In this document: positions 36,900-51,039 of the stretch, in pieces
Numbering within the stretch: the stretch's first letter is position 1
Layout: every line of letters begins with the position of its first letter
Assembly: GCF_006345805.1 (NCBI RefSeq)
Contig: NW_021837044.1
Span: 3,357 to 67,356 of the forward strand
Reading direction: 5' to 3'
DNA length: 64,000 bases
From: Octopus sinensis
Taxonomy: Eukaryota
Translations under genes and position numbers: made by a program
Notes under the pieces: generated by a model
Told to the model about the DNA's origin: nothing
The model's database searches: none
What the model saw: only the letters and a program-made list of their open reading frames with translations

Positions 36900-38345
36900 G
36901 AAGGCAAAGTAATGTCATTTGAGGGTGTCCATGTGACCGACATTCCACAGTGAGTGAATTAAGGATTTTGAGGTGGATGGATACCAGTATTCAGGTATTT
37001 TGGAGTACGACAAAATCAAGGAGAGTGAAATGAAGGAAAGTTTTAGACGAGAATACCTGAGGAGAATCAAGTTAATTATGAAGAGTAGATTCAATGGAAA
37101 GAACAAGATCAGGGCAATGAATACGTGGGCTGTCTCCTTAATGCGATACGGCGCAGGTGTTGTTAGATTGAGAAAGAACGAACTTGAGGAAATGGACAGG
37201 AAAACTAGAAAAATTACGACAATGAACAAGGAACCGCACCCCAGGGGCGATGTTGATAGATTGTATATGTCAAGAAACAAAGGAGAATTCATAGGAAGCA
37301 AGTTCTGTGTTGACAAAGAGGAGAACTGTTTGGGATGATACGTCAAACAGGAGACTGAACATAGATAAGAGTACAGAATCACCCGCCCCCTTGTGGGATG
37401 TGTGGCATCAAGAATGAAACAGGGCCACATATTGTAAGTGTAGCAAATCGGTTCAATAACGTAGCTAAATACTTCATGGGACATTGAAATGGTAGAAGCA
37501 TAAACCAGGTACCACCAAGAATGAATGAATGGATGTTTTTGTAAGATTTTATAATCTAGCGATTCAGTCATTTATGCTCGGAGACCATTGTTCCTTTCCT
37601 CCTCCTCCTCATCATCATCATCATCATTTAACGTCTGCGTTGTAGTTGATAAAATGATGAAGGAAACCAAGATCAAAGATATTGCCATATGTGGAGATGT
37701 ACGAGTGTATGATAAAGAACTGGAAAAGTACAAGGAGTCACTAGAAGATGAGATGGCATGAATGTGGGCAATTAAGAGAGTAGCGGTCTTCTACATAATT
37801 GTAGGGACATTGGGGGCACTAGCGACTAGGTTTGAATGATTTGTTAGATAAATTCTTTTCTACTCTAGGCACAAGGCCCGAAAATTTTGGGAAGGTGACC
37901 AGCCGATACGATCGACCCCGGTACGCAACTGGTACTTAATTTATCGACCCCGAAAGGATGAAAGGCAAAGTCGATCTTGGCGGAATTTGAACTCAGAACA
38001 TGAAGACAGACGAAATACCTATTTCTTACTACCCACAAGGGGCCAAACACAGAGAGGACAAACAAGGACAGACAAACGAATTAAGTCGATTATATCGAGC
38101 CCAGTGAGTAACTGACACTTATTTAATCGACCCCGAAAGGATGAAAGGCAAAGTCGACCTCGGCGGAATTTGAACTCAAAACGTAGCGGCAGACGAAATA
38201 CCGCTAAGCATTTCGCCTGGCGTGCTAACGCTTCTGCCATATCGCCGCCTTAATTTGTTGGAGAAACTGAGATTGGTGTAAGGGTGGAATATATTCAGAA
38301 AACTGCTCTATTGGAAACAGGAATGATTTTGGATGTTAAGTATCT
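36900..38345 (+). mobile_element. Old R4-like LINE remnant (RT thumb, endonuclease pieces), fragmented and SINE-interrupted
   Basis: GYQYSGILE..YLRRIKLIMKS..NGKNKIRAMNTWAVSLMRYGAG..HPRGDVDRLY; IVGTLG (~37800); IQKTALL.TG (~38295). Confidence 0.75.
37855..38250 (-). mobile_element. Family C SINE with two bodies
   Basis: Reverse complement of the head aaggcggcgatatggcagaagcgttagc and two gactttgcctttcatcc bodies. Confidence 0.9.
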
Positions 38346-38519
38346 TGGAAAGAAATCTGGTGAGACCCCACTTGATAACGCGCCATTGTCCACCCTTATA
38401 GAATTAGCCAGAGCAAGTGAAATCGAGAGCTCTGAGGAATGAAATGCACAGAGTGCGTACGATATTTGAGGACAGATTTATGTTTATATAAAAAGAAAAA
38501 CATATATATATAATAACAG

Positions 38520-38960
38520 TTAACTTTATCAAAAAATGCCACGAGGATTTTCAACACCCAAATCTTCGCAAGACGTTGGCTGCGATAGCTGGGGATTAAA
38601 AAGTTGCCATTCCTCAAAGTGGACGCGGAATTGCACCTGGCTTCTTCTTCCGTCCCAAATCTCACTTCAATAGTTCCAGACTTCTTTCCTCGGGTGATGT
38701 CGGTCTTTTATTCCCACACGCTCCCGTGACATTTTTGGATTTCGCTCTCAGGAGCATCTTCCACCCAGCGTGATTTAACTCCGATGCAGCGGTATGTAAC
38801 CGAACATCTTAAGATATTTTCTATTAAGTCGGATGGAGAGCTTAGAGATACCCTTCTACCATTCCTTTTTACAATCTTTCTTGTCATTTTTATATCTTCA
38901 TCTATGGGAAAAGTTTCCATATTTCCTGCCGCAAACACAAAAGAAGCGGAGGCGATATTC
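38520..38960 (-). mobile_element. Probable L1/Tx1 ORF1 remnant
   Basis: ITRGKKSGTIEVRFGTEEEAR..LIPSYRSQRLAKIWV resembles Tx1-type ORF1 (PSY.GRR); stops and frameshifts present. Confidence 0.45.
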
Positions 38961-39454
38961 GCGTTTTTATGTTTCATTTCTTTCCTGTTGTTGTTGTTTT
39001 GCTGTCACTACTGCTGCTGTTACTGTTGTAGTTGTTGTTGTCGACACTGAAAGTTGTGACGTTGCTTAGAGACGAAATAGTATTCGCTTGGGTGACGTCA
39101 TTAAGTTTAAGCCATTCGTTATTCTTGCTCTCATTTTCTTTTCGACGAAGAACGCGCTTCTTTGTCGAACATTATGATGGCTCCTTTCTCAGCAGCAAAA
39201 TATTTTTTTCGAAAGTTGTTAAGATAAAAAAAAATATTGATGCGCACCTCCTGCAAAACAGTGGGGTCTTTCTACACAAAAATACTATCTGCGTACTTCA
39301 GCTAATCTCAGAAATGCAATGGTAACAATGAAATGAAAACACGGGACCTTAGAAGGCCGAAAAGATTACAAATACTATATCAATTTAGATCCAAATTTCT
39401 GTGACTTTACAGTATGGCAGCCATAATAAAAATAATAATAATTATTATTATTAT

Positions 39455-39680
39455 TATAATCCTTTCTATTATAGGCACAAGACCTGTTATTTTGGGAAGG
39501 GGACTAGGCGATTACATCGACCCCAGTGTTTCACTGTTATTTAATTCACCACCCCATCAACCCACCCAAAAAACAGGCAAAGTCGAACTCGGAGGAACAT
39601 GAACTCAGAACGTAACGACGAGCGAAATACCGTTAAGAATTTCATCCAGGGAGCAAACGATTCTGCCAGCTCGCCGCCTA
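39455..39680 (-). mobile_element. Family C SINE in (TAA)n
   Basis: Head revcomp aggcggcgagctggcagaatcg; tail cctttctattataggcacaag. Confidence 0.8.
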
Positions 39681-39691
39681 ATAATAATAAC

Positions 39692-39759
<68 letters not shown>

Positions 39760-39851
39760 TAATAATAATTTACATTATTTACATTTTAAACCCAACCTTG
39801 GGTTCACATTCCTAGGGTAATTTTTGCTGATTATTATTATTATTATTATTA

Positions 39852-39892
<41 letters not shown>

Positions 39893-40073
39893 GCCCGCGA
39901 TCTTAACCATTACACTATATGCCCGGCATTTAGCCGGCAAATAGCGTAATGGTTAAGAGAAAGGGACACTAACCCCAAGATCGCGAGGTCAGTTCTAGGC
40001 AGTGCTTTGAATAAATAAATAAATAAATAAATAAATAGATAGATAATAATAATAATAGTAATAATAATAATAA

Positions 40074-40104
<31 letters not shown>

Positions 40105-40116
40105 AATAAAAATAAA

Positions 40117-40181
<65 letters not shown>

Positions 40182-40522
40182 CAACAATAATAATAATAAT
40201 AATAAAACTTAATGCTCAGATGTTAATTTAATTACTTAATGATATAGCAGTCTTCCTTTTCTATTTCTTTGTTTTATTTTATATTCTAAGATTTTGTTCC
40301 AAAGTTTAATTATAAAATGAGACTCTGTAAATGTCAATGTGAATTTAAGAAAATATATTTAATGAAAAGTCAATATTACAGAACTTTCAAACAGACTTTT
40401 CTTCGTGTATACACACGTACATACATACATACGTACAAACATTCATATGTACGCATACAGACATATACATATATATATACATACATACATACAAACATAC
40501 ATACCCCCCACACACGCATGCG

Positions 40523-40559
<37 letters not shown>

Positions 40560-40616
40560 GCGTATTTAATTTACAGAGGGTAATGCTAATATATTAATGA
40601 CAAACATAGCAAAAAT

Positions 40617-40667
<51 letters not shown>

Positions 40668-40794
40668 ATGCGATGGGTTAAATATTGCCGTTTTATATTT
40701 TTAATTTCGCACATGCGCATGGTTTGTATTTCACATTGTCGACTACACAGTATAGTAGGATCAGTTGGGCACCGTCTGTGAGAAAAAACAGCAC

Positions 40795-41550
40795 CATGAC
40801 GCAATTGACTCTGCCAGAAATTTGGAAACGACATGTTGTACTGCTTTGCATTCGCGCCGGAAGCTCCAATACGAACATTTCAGAATGTTTGGGTATCAAC
40901 CTGAGGACAGTGCAACCTAAGGGCATGTACCGAGAGTGATAAAAATCAATCATCCACTCAGCATCATGTTTGGAGTGATCACTAGCGATGACGACGTTAT
41001 GCCTCCATTCATCTTCCCACATGGTTTCACCTTCAACATTGAGGCCTACATCAAGCGGCTGGAGGAGATAGCGCTGTCCTGGGACAAGAGGGGACTGCTG
41101 GAAGACCCTATGTCTGGCAACACGACTCTGCACCATGCCACACAAGCAGGAGAACCCAGTCCGGGTTGTCAGACAATTTCTGCAATCACATCACTCCTAA
41201 CATCTGGCCATCTAACTTCCCAGACTGCAACACCATTGATTATTATGTGTGGGGCGCAGTTGAGCGAGAGACTTACAAAACTCCTTGTAACACCAAAGAT
41301 GAACTGAAGGCAAGGATTATGGCAGCATTCAGCAACTTCAACAAGGATACCATCTAGAAAAGTTTCAGGAGATTAGGAAGTCGTCTGGAGGCCGTTGTTG
41401 AAGCCAATGGCGATTTTATTGAATAAATTTAGTCTTTAGTATTTCAAGATATTTTTATGTAATTTTGGTAAATATATATATTAAAATGAGATGTCAGTGT
41501 TATTTTCATTTTTGCGTAATTTAGACGACAGTTTATTCACCACACCTTGT
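40795..41550 (+). mobile_element. Tc1/mariner (DD37D/maT-like) remnant, internally deleted
   Basis: MVFG.ITSD.DVMPPFIFPHG-like segment and WPSNFPDCNTIDYYVWGAVERET..NTKDELKARI. Confidence 0.8.
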
Positions 41551-41778
41551 GTGTGGTGTGTGTGTGTGTGGTGTGTGTGTGTGTGTTTGTGTGTCTGTGT
41601 ATCTGTGTGTTTTTGCATGACTTGTTTCCACGCTGTTTCTGCATACTAAATGCACTCAAAAGGCACAAGGTGTTCCTGACCTACAGTACAAGAAACGTGC
41701 CCAACCTATCACGCAGCAGTGAGTGTGTGTGTGTGTGTGTGTGTGTAAATATAAACAAACTCACGTTTGTTGTTATTG

Positions 41779-42051
41779 GGAGCGCCGAAATGTGTACTGT
41801 ACGATACAAAGTGATATTTTTTTCGAACGCAGTACTGCTGTTAGAACAGCACACAAGTGTAATTTACCCATTACGGACAGGCGAAATAACCCACCTTTAA
41901 TCCCATTTAAGAGCGGTGAAGATCGATGATTCGTCATCCTTGTGGCTTGTCGACATCATTTACCTATTATTTCTGCTGTTCCAACAACAATACTGCGTTC
42001 AATAAAAAAAATCACATGTTTTGTATCGTACAATACACCTTTCGACGCTTC
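41779..42051. repeat. Foldback/MITE candidate with ~80 bp imperfect inverted arms
   Basis: gagcgccgaaatgtgtactgtacgatacaaa..gaacgcagtactgctgttagaacagc vs gctgttccaacaacaatactgcgttc..tttgtatcgtacaatacacctttcgacgcttc. Confidence 0.7.
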
Positions 42052-42189
42052 TAGTAAAAACTAATCTAATTTTTATATCTCTACACATGCAGTTGTTCAA
42101 TAAACTATTCAGCCTCTACAGTTCTATATTTAAGAGACGAGGAATTATGTACATTATTTACATTATTTACATTTGACGGACATTTGCCC

Positions 42190-42334
42190 TCAAGTAGCTT
42201 GCTTACCAACCACATGGTTCCGGGTTCAGTCCCACTGCGTGGAACCTAGAGCAAGTGTCTTCTACTATAGCCTCGGGTCGACCAAAGACTTGTGTGTGGA
42301 TTTGGTAGACGGAAACTGAAAGAAGCGCGTCGTG

Positions 42335-42387
<53 letters not shown>

Positions 42388-42610
42388 TTGTGTGTGTGTT
42401 TGCGTGTCTGTGTTTGTCCCCCCAACATCGCTTAACAACCGATACTGGTGTGTTTACATCCCCGTAACTTAGCGGTTCGGCAAAAGAAACCGATAGAATA
42501 AGGACTAGGCTTACAAAGAATAAGTCCTGGGGTTGATTTGCTCGACTAAAGGTGGTGCTCCAGCATGGCCGCAGTCAAATGACTGAAACAAGTAAAAGAG
42601 AGTAAAGAGA
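42190..42610 (+). mobile_element. Family A composite SINE (head, (TA/TG)n, long tail)
   Basis: ggttccgggttcagtccc head, CORE-like gcaagtgtcttc, tail ending ggtgctccagcatggccgcagtcaaatgactgaaacaagtaaaagag. Other copies or tails at 23640-23820, 50200-50590 and 51435-51640 (minus). Confidence 0.85.
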
Positions 42611-42885
42611 TATGCGCACTAGGATCATATAAGTGGTCGTAGACTGGTGAAATGATTAATGATTCATGGTCGGGTAAATGGTGTCGACAAGTCACAAACA
42701 TGGCATATCAACGATGCCCATCACTCATACATGGAAGTAGAGATGGATTATCTTCCCTGTCCATGAGTCTAAAGTGTTTGAACACCTGGCGCTCCCAGAG
42801 GAGTATGTGCGTTAAGTATATGTGGATGATAATGCACATTACACTAGTGTTGCTTCTATTTCACATATGAATATACATACATACA

Positions 42886-42919
<34 letters not shown>

Positions 42920-45655
42920 ATCCTTAAATCCTTAAAAATGTTTTAGCCCGAAGGCCGCGGCCATGCTGGGGCACCACCGCTGAATGAGCTACACTAATAT
43001 GTGAATCCACCTCTGATTCGTGGCACTTGATCAACAAGGGAGTTCGATGCTGCTGCCCGCATCTGCGTCTCCTGTCGTGAGGTAGGTTCATCTGGGACTC
43101 CCGACAAGAAGAGATCCAGTTTAGTTTTAAAGAAACCCACATCCAGACCATGTAAGTCTCTCAGGCATTTTAGGGAGGATGTTAAAGAGCTGTGGTCCTC
43201 TGAAACCCAAGCTGTTGCAGTATCTGGACCTGTATTTTGATGTTGGATGTTGGAATCTTTGGCACCATGCAGTGGCGCCCCGTTCTGCGGTTGGGGTAAC
43301 TTTGAATGCCAAAGTTTGGGACAAGACCCTCCAGGATTTTCCAGATGTATATCACCGCATATCTCTCCTGCCTCCGCTCTAGGAAGAAGAGGTTTAATAC
43401 TTTCAGTCTTTCCCAGTAGCTGATATTTTGCACTGAGACGATTTTCTTTGTGTAGCTTCTCTGAACTGCCTCGAGTTCTGTTGTTAGTTTTATATTGTGT
43501 GGCGACCATAGTTGGGAGTAGTAGTCCAAGCGGCTGAGGACGAATGTTTTTCCATAGGACCATCAGTGTCTCCTTCTCTCTTGTTCTGAAAGTTCGGAGA
43601 ATCCATCCAGCTAGCCGTCTGCATTTTATCACCAGATTAGTAATATGCACTTGGAAAGATGCATCATTGCTCATGTCAATGCCCAGGTCACGCACTGATT
43701 TTGACTCAGGGATTGCAATTCTTCCTGGGCCAGTGTATCCAGTCTGCACGTCGTTTACCTTTGTGTGCTGGTAGCGCAGGGCCTGGAACTTACCTGCATT
43801 AAACTGCATGTTGTTGTCCTCAGCCCACCTGTATATTGTGTCCAACTCCTGTTGCAGATGCGCAATATTTTCAGGGTTTTGTATTGTGTGGGAGACTTTT
43901 GTGTCATCTGCATAGCTAGCAAGGGTGGCCATCGTAGCAACTGAAGGCATGTCTGAAAGGGCCACTATGAACATCAGTGGCCCCAAGACAGTGCCCTGTG
44001 GGACACCGCTTGTTATTTGTGTTTCCTTGGAGGTGGCTCCATTGCTCACAAATGCCTGTCTTCTGTCTTTTAGGAAGTTGTGCAGCCACTCTCCAAGTTT
44101 CCCGCCTATGCCGAGACCACGCAGTTTGTTACATATCATACCATGGTCGACTTTATCAAAGGCTTTTGCAAAGTCGAGATATATTACATCCACATTTGAG
44201 CCATTTAGTAGCTGTTTCAACACCCAGTCATAGTGTTGCAGGAGCTGTGTTAGGCAGCTTCTACCTGGTCGAAATCCATGCTGGGTGTCAGACAGCAAGT
44301 CATTTTCTTCAAGGAACATGATTAGTTTCTTACGGACTATTCGTTCCATGACTTTGCTGATGTGTGAGGTCAGAGAGATAGGCCTATAATTTTTAGCATC
44401 TGCTCTGCTACCTCCCTTATGGATAGGGCATATTACCCCCTCTTTCAATTTGACTGGGAGCTTACCACTTGCAAGAAAGCTCTGAAAAAGAAGCTGTAGC
44501 GGTTTTGCAAGGGCTCGTTTGCACGATTTGAGAAGGATCGCTGGGAATCCATCAGGTCCAGCAGCTGAGTTTGTGTCAATCTCATCTATGGCTAGTGTGA
44601 TATCATCATCTTCGATGTCGATGTACTCAATTTTTGCCTCTTTGGCCGTAGGTAAAGTGGCAAAGAATTCTTCTGGGTTGTTTACTTGCCTGTGTCCTAG
44701 AGATGTAGTGAACACACTTTGGAATTGTTCGTTCAGTATTTCACTTATCCTCGTGGGATTTCCTGTGAGAGAGCCATCTTTTTGGAAGAGAGGTCCTATC
44801 CTCTGGTGCACTGTGGCTGTCTCTTTGGCAAACTTAAAGAAAGCTTTAAGGTTTGATTTTATATTTACTATTACCCAAGTTTCTTTATCTGCTCTCTCCT
44901 TTTCATGAGACTGATGCAGACTTTTCTCAATTTCCATTAGCATTCTCTCGAGCAGAGACTTCTCACCACTTTTGGTGTGCTTGCTCAGGCGGTTCGCAAT
45001 CCTTGTCCGTCGTCTCATAAGAATCTTCCTTTCTCTAGGGATCCTGTTTTTGTTTTTGTGTGTGCTGGCCCTGCACATTGTGACATATTTGTCACACATG
45101 GCTTGTATTATGGACATGAAGTGTTTGTGTTTCATGTTAATGTCCAGTGTGGAGAGACATTTAGGCCAATCCTGTTTGAGGATCTCTTTCTCAATCAACT
45201 TCCAGTTTGCTTTATGAAAGTTTAAGTTGGAGAGATGGTGGGTGCTTCGTATAGGCTGTGTGTCTACGGGGGATTTTGGTCCATACATAGACAGCTCTAT
45301 TATGTTGTGATCCGAGATCATTGTCGGCATCACATTAACATTATGGATAATATCCATATTGTTTGTGAAGCAGAGATCCAGTATATTATCTGCCCTTGTT
45401 GGTTGCAGAACTATTTGCTCCATGAAAGAGGCATTTGTGAGATGGAACAGGGACTCTGCTTGTGCCTGATGATGGTGTGTCATCCCTAAGAGCATCTGCT
45501 CCTCAGGCTATTCCACATTGGGGAAGTTAAAATCACCCATGAAGAATACACTGTTGTGTTGTTCAAGGCTGGTGAGGACTTCTCCTATTTTTGTTAGGCA
45601 GTCTTCAAACATGCCTGAGTGATTTGGGGCATCTGGTGGGCGATATGTAGTGCAT
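42920..45655 (-). mobile_element. CR1/L2-group LINE, 5'-truncated, ORF2 largely intact (APE C-terminus and reverse transcriptase)
   Basis: 833 aa ORF (42994-45495) with NILDLCFTN, SDHNII, NYRPISLTS, QHGFRPGRSC, LDFAKAFDKV, GVPQGTVLGP, YADD. Upstream in-frame YRPP and GDFN lie past one stop; 3' frameshifts near 43540; tail (TTTAAGGA)n. Confidence 0.95.
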
Positions 45656-45998
45656 ATGACGATATTCAGTTGTCTTATGTGTGTATATATATATATATAT
45701 CATATAATATATATGTACATGCATACCTAAATGTATATGTATATATGTGTGTATTTATATATATACATATATATACATATATATACATATATATACATAT
45801 ATATACAAATATATATACATATATATACATATATATATATGTATGTATATATATATATATAAATACATATATATTCATATATATACATACTCAATATATA
45901 TATACTTACGTATATATACACACAGACATATATATGTTTATATATATGTACACACACATATATATGTATATATATATATAAATATGTGTATATATATG

Positions 45999-46036
<38 letters not shown>

Positions 46037-46537
46037 TTATATGTAGACACATGCACACATTCATACACATACATATACAGACACATGCATGTACAGATAC
46101 ATATATATACATATATACATACAAAAACGAATCCGTACATATACGTTCTTACATATATCCATGTGTAACAATTTTCAACTGATATCATTTGATATGCAAG
46201 GAGATAAAGCTGATGATACATAACAAGAGAAGCAATATACGTATATCTCTGAAAACATGCCTATACAACGTCATGTATAATTAAAAATGATTTAAAATAC
46301 AAGTAAAACAGCAACAAAAAAACACACAAAATAAAAAACGAGATAAAATAAATAGATATATATTTTCCTAAAAGGACACGGATGTACGAGGACGTTATTA
46401 CCGAAGGATCTCTTACAAGGGCTAATAACCAATCGGCAGATAATGACGTCAAATCTCACTTGTGGGGATATGTACGGCAAAGCATTATAATGACATGCAG
46501 AAGCAGAAAGAAGCAACTTTACATTATAGTAATAATA

Positions 46538-46582
<45 letters not shown>

Positions 46583-46660
46583 ACTTCTAACTTGTCTTTT
46601 GAGGTCTCTGGGTGAGACTTGGCGCCAACTTGTGCTAATACAAAACAAAAGTCAAACTTA
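46583..46660 (+). mobile_element. 3' tip of Dong-type LINE in (TAA)n
   Basis: Matches the reverse complement of the 3' UTR at 26400-26485. Confidence 0.65.
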
Positions 46661-46727
46661 TAACAAATGAAGATGATGATGATGATGATGATAATGATGA
46701 TAATAATAATTAATAATAATAATAATA

Positions 46728-46807
<80 letters not shown>

Positions 46808-46963
46808 GGACATTAAAAAGAAAAACAATACATAGAAAAACAGGAATGATGTAAAAAGAAATATTTAACAAAGGTAAAGGTGGAATTGTTCTGCATTGTT
46901 GCGTCTCAGGTGTTATGTTTTAGCTGTTTGATCACAAACTTATACAGTTGCCTACATATGTGT

Positions 46964-47011
<48 letters not shown>

Positions 47012-47102
47012 AGTTAATCCAAACATGAAAGCACCAAAAAACACAACAACGCAAGGACGTGGAACAAATATAGTATTATTGGACGCTCAGGAAAGAAGGA
47101 GG

Positions 47103-47137
47103 ATTTAACGTTTCGAGCGGAGCTCTTCGTCGGAAAC
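47103..47137 (-). ncRNA. Minimal hammerhead motif in TA-flanked repeat (47010-47200)
   Basis: Revcomp gttt CCGACGA a GAGC tcc GCTC GAA ACGT T aaat. Confidence 0.6.
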
Positions 47138-47200
47138 ATAGAAGGAAAGATCCAGAGAAGGGAAGACAGAGGAAAAAAATCGCCAACGGTACACACGCGG

Positions 47201-47292
<92 letters not shown>

Positions 47293-47335
47293 CATATATA
47301 TACGTGTATGTATGTATGTCTGTATGTATGAATAG

Positions 47336-47366
<31 letters not shown>

Positions 47367-47901
47367 GATATGTACATTCGTCATGCCTATATTGTTTGTC
47401 TTTTTACTTCTATACCCGCCCGATTTCGATCGTTCTTTTAGCCTTGCCAATCGCTGCCCAGCCCTAACTTGATTAAGTTGCAGTATCTAATCTACGAGCA
47501 CTACTTGATGTCTATACCAGGTTTAATTAGCATTTTATCAACCATTCTCTATATATGTGCATGTATACACACATATATGCACGCACGCACACACACATCA
47601 CACACATACACACACACACAGTACTGTTCCGTGATGGCAAAATAAAAAAAAACTACCCCTTCTGCTGAGAGATGAATTTTATTTAAAAAACGATATAAGT
47701 TTCTATAAGTTTCATGCCAATCAGTGTTTTTAACTCGTTTGGTGTCCTAGCACAAACATCAGACACTGCCCATGTGGCATAACGAAATAAATTGATATAT
47801 ATATATAGTCATGATATATTCTGTAAAGAACGTAGTAGAGTATAGTATCGAACTCGTCCACATTGAGATTTACTCTATGCTATCGGAGCCAATATTTACA
47901 T

Positions 47902-47999
47902 ATCACCTGAGGAAATGCAACTAGATCTCATAATGCTGTTACATAATCAAATACCTGCACACCTGGAGAACTATGTTCCGTGGAAACAACTGTAGTGAT
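47902..47999 (+). ncRNA. Degenerate type I hammerhead motif
   Basis: ATCAC CTGAGGA ... GAA ACAACTGT A GTGAT; helices I and III good, helix II closing pairs poor. Confidence 0.45.
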
Positions 48000-48454
48000 T
48001 AAGAAATAAATGTCTAACCGTACCCGTACCCCTTCTTGTTGACTACAATTTCTTCTATTATATATATATATATATATATAAGAATGCAAAAAATGAACAA
48101 GAACGCAACAGGTGACAGCAAGACATTCAGACAGTTTCTTTCCTCAGTCGAGTTCCAGATTTCTTTGCAGTTTTATCCGGTTATACTCGAGACTGCTCCA
48201 ATCTGGCCAGCCACAAGGTAAATCTAAGCTAAGAGCACTAGATTTCTTGGAAGAAAACAGAGAATGTATACGAAAACAAAGACGGAAAAAAGGAAAAATG
48301 GTACACAAATACAAATGTAAACAACATGACATTAACAACAGGTGTCTTTCAACTAAGGACGAATTAAATTAAGCTGGCGTGTGTGAAAGTGAAGCCTTAC
48401 TGCAGGGACAGCGCAGGCGTGGCTGTGTGGTAAGTAGCTTGCTTACCAAGTAAC

Positions 48455-48790
48455 CTGCATACTTCCCATGAGTCTTTGAGAATTTCCCATGAGTATTTGT
48501 TGTCAGCGTACGCATGTGTCATTGTGTTGTGCTTTGGTACGGCTGTTACGCTTCCATCCTCAGTCTCTAGCTCCTTATAAACTTTGTAGACGAAAGATCA
48601 GGCAACTTTTAAAAATCAAGATAGTTGCAAATCGCTGTGCTCAGCCTTTATAACCACAATAACTATATGCCTCTTCATTTCTTGTGTAAGCTGAGGGTCT
48701 ACCATAACAAAGATTATCTTTCTGAAACAAAGATTATACAGAGTTAGCAAAAAAAAAAAAATGCAGCAATGACCCCAAAAGCTATGTCCT
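48455..48790 (-). mobile_element. Tc1/mariner (maT-like) N-terminal remnant
   Basis: EMKRHIVIVVIKAEHSDL..FLKVA.SFVYKVYKELE, an HTH region. Confidence 0.6.
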
Positions 48791-48846
48791 CAAATATCTT
48801 ATGTACTCTATATATAATATATATGCATAAATAAATTTTTATATAC

Positions 48847-48995
<149 letters not shown>

Positions 48996-50063
48996 GTATA
49001 ATCATGTGTTTGAGTCGGTCGTCCCCACCACTTGACAACCCGTGTTGTTTTGTTTCCGTCCCCATAACTTATTGCTTCTGCAAAAGAATCAGATTATGTA
49101 TCAGACTTTGGATCGATATTTTTGCCTAAAACCTTTCGTGTTGGTGCTCTAGAAAGGCCGCAATCCAATGACTGAAAAAAGCGAAATATAGAAGAACTTA
49201 CTTTATGTCGTAGTTACTGAGTTACTGAGAGATGAAAGAAAACAACAAATTTATAAATGATGGCAATCTTGTCATAGACCGAGAAAGACGGGTCTGCAAT
49301 TTCTTGTGGAGCAAGCCACTCGAATGGTTTGCTAATAGCGATCAGATATTTGAGGTGTACATATATATGAGCCCAGTCCTTCTATCAAATCGGCGATACC
49401 TGATCGTGTGTATGATGGACCACCCGTCAGATATCGAAGTGAACGCAGAGCAACGTGAAATAAAAAATATTTCGCTCAAGAGCACAACGAGCCATAGCGT
49501 CTAGGAATCGAAACCAAGTTATCGCTCTCGTGAGTGCAACGCTCTAACCACTAGGCCATGCACAACCCAATACACCCGGAATTAAATAGGCAAATAAATA
49601 AATCTCGAAGCAGGCACCAGACAAGCCGGAAAAATAACCAAATGCAAAATATACGAATCTAAGCGCTCATTGGTTAACTGCATCAGCCAATGGCTTTAAG
49701 CGAAGAGCGAAATGTAGCCACTTGTTAATATTCTTTCCGTGTCTTATATACGAATGTATAAAGTTACACTAAAATTTCTGCTATTTTTATGATTTTGTTG
49801 TTGTCATCGTCAGCGCTTGCTGCTGTCGTTACTGCTGCTGCTGTCGCTGCTGCTGCTGCTGCTGCTATCGCCGCTGCTGATGTTCCCATCATTTAGATCC
49901 AAATCAGCTATTTTCTGATATTTTATGAAATGACATTCCAGTGGAGACAATCTCGTATCTATCTACACACCAATCTATCTGTCTGTCTGTCTTTCAGTCT
50001 ATCTATCTATTTCTCTATACACATACACACACATATATACACATTCATATATAATATATATAT

Positions 50064-50204
<141 letters not shown>

Positions 50205-50666
50205 TTTACTTGTTTCAGTCATTTGACCGTGGCCATGCTATAGCTCCGCCTTTAGTCGGACTAATCGACCCCAGGACTTATTCTTTGTAAGCCTAGATAC
50301 GAGGACGTAAACACACCAACATCGGTTGTCAAGTGATGGTGGAGACACAAACACAGACACACAAAAACACAAACATACACCCCCCACACACATACATATA
50401 TATAACTTTGATAACTGATAGGTTTCGGTCAGCATTTACCAACGACGGGCTTCTTTCAGTTTCCGTCTACCAAATCCACTCACAAGGCTCCGGTCGGCCC
50501 GAGGCTTATAGTAGAAGACACTTGCTCAAACTGCCACGCAGTGGGACTGAACCCGGAACCATGTGGTTGGGAAGCAGGTTTCTTACCACACAGCCACGCC
50601 TGCGCCTACACACGCCTACACACACATCTATATATACAAACGCGCACATACATACACAGATACATA

Positions 50667-50964
50667 TCTTTATATATAAAAGTAAAGTTGTGTGCCTGTC
50701 TCCTAAAATTTAGATTCCTAACTACCCACATTTTGCGGTGCAGTTTAACCAAAAGCGGGTATCTTATAGTCGTGATTCATATCGAGCCCTTCTGCGTATT
50801 AGCGCGCGTCTACGATGAGTCTACGATTTAAAAAAAAAATTTACCATAATTTTTTCCCATTTTTAATGCATTTTTTTGCTATTATATAAGGGAAGTAACT
50901 CTCTAAAACTGCTTATATAGTTATTTCCCTTACAAACCCGAGCAACGCCGGGCGATACTGCTAG
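50667..50964 (+). mobile_element. Non-autonomous Helitron
   Basis: A^TCTTTATATATAAA start; cccgagcaacgccggg hairpin then CTAG^T. Confidence 0.85.
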
Positions 50965-50987
50965 TATATATATATATTATATAACAT

Positions 50988-51039
<52 letters not shown>

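Noticed and set aside
49655-49700. Paired inverted CCAAT boxes as a promoter (also CCAAT plus TGACGTCA at ~46430-46450)
   Set aside because: Short motifs expected by chance, with no adjacent gene evidence.
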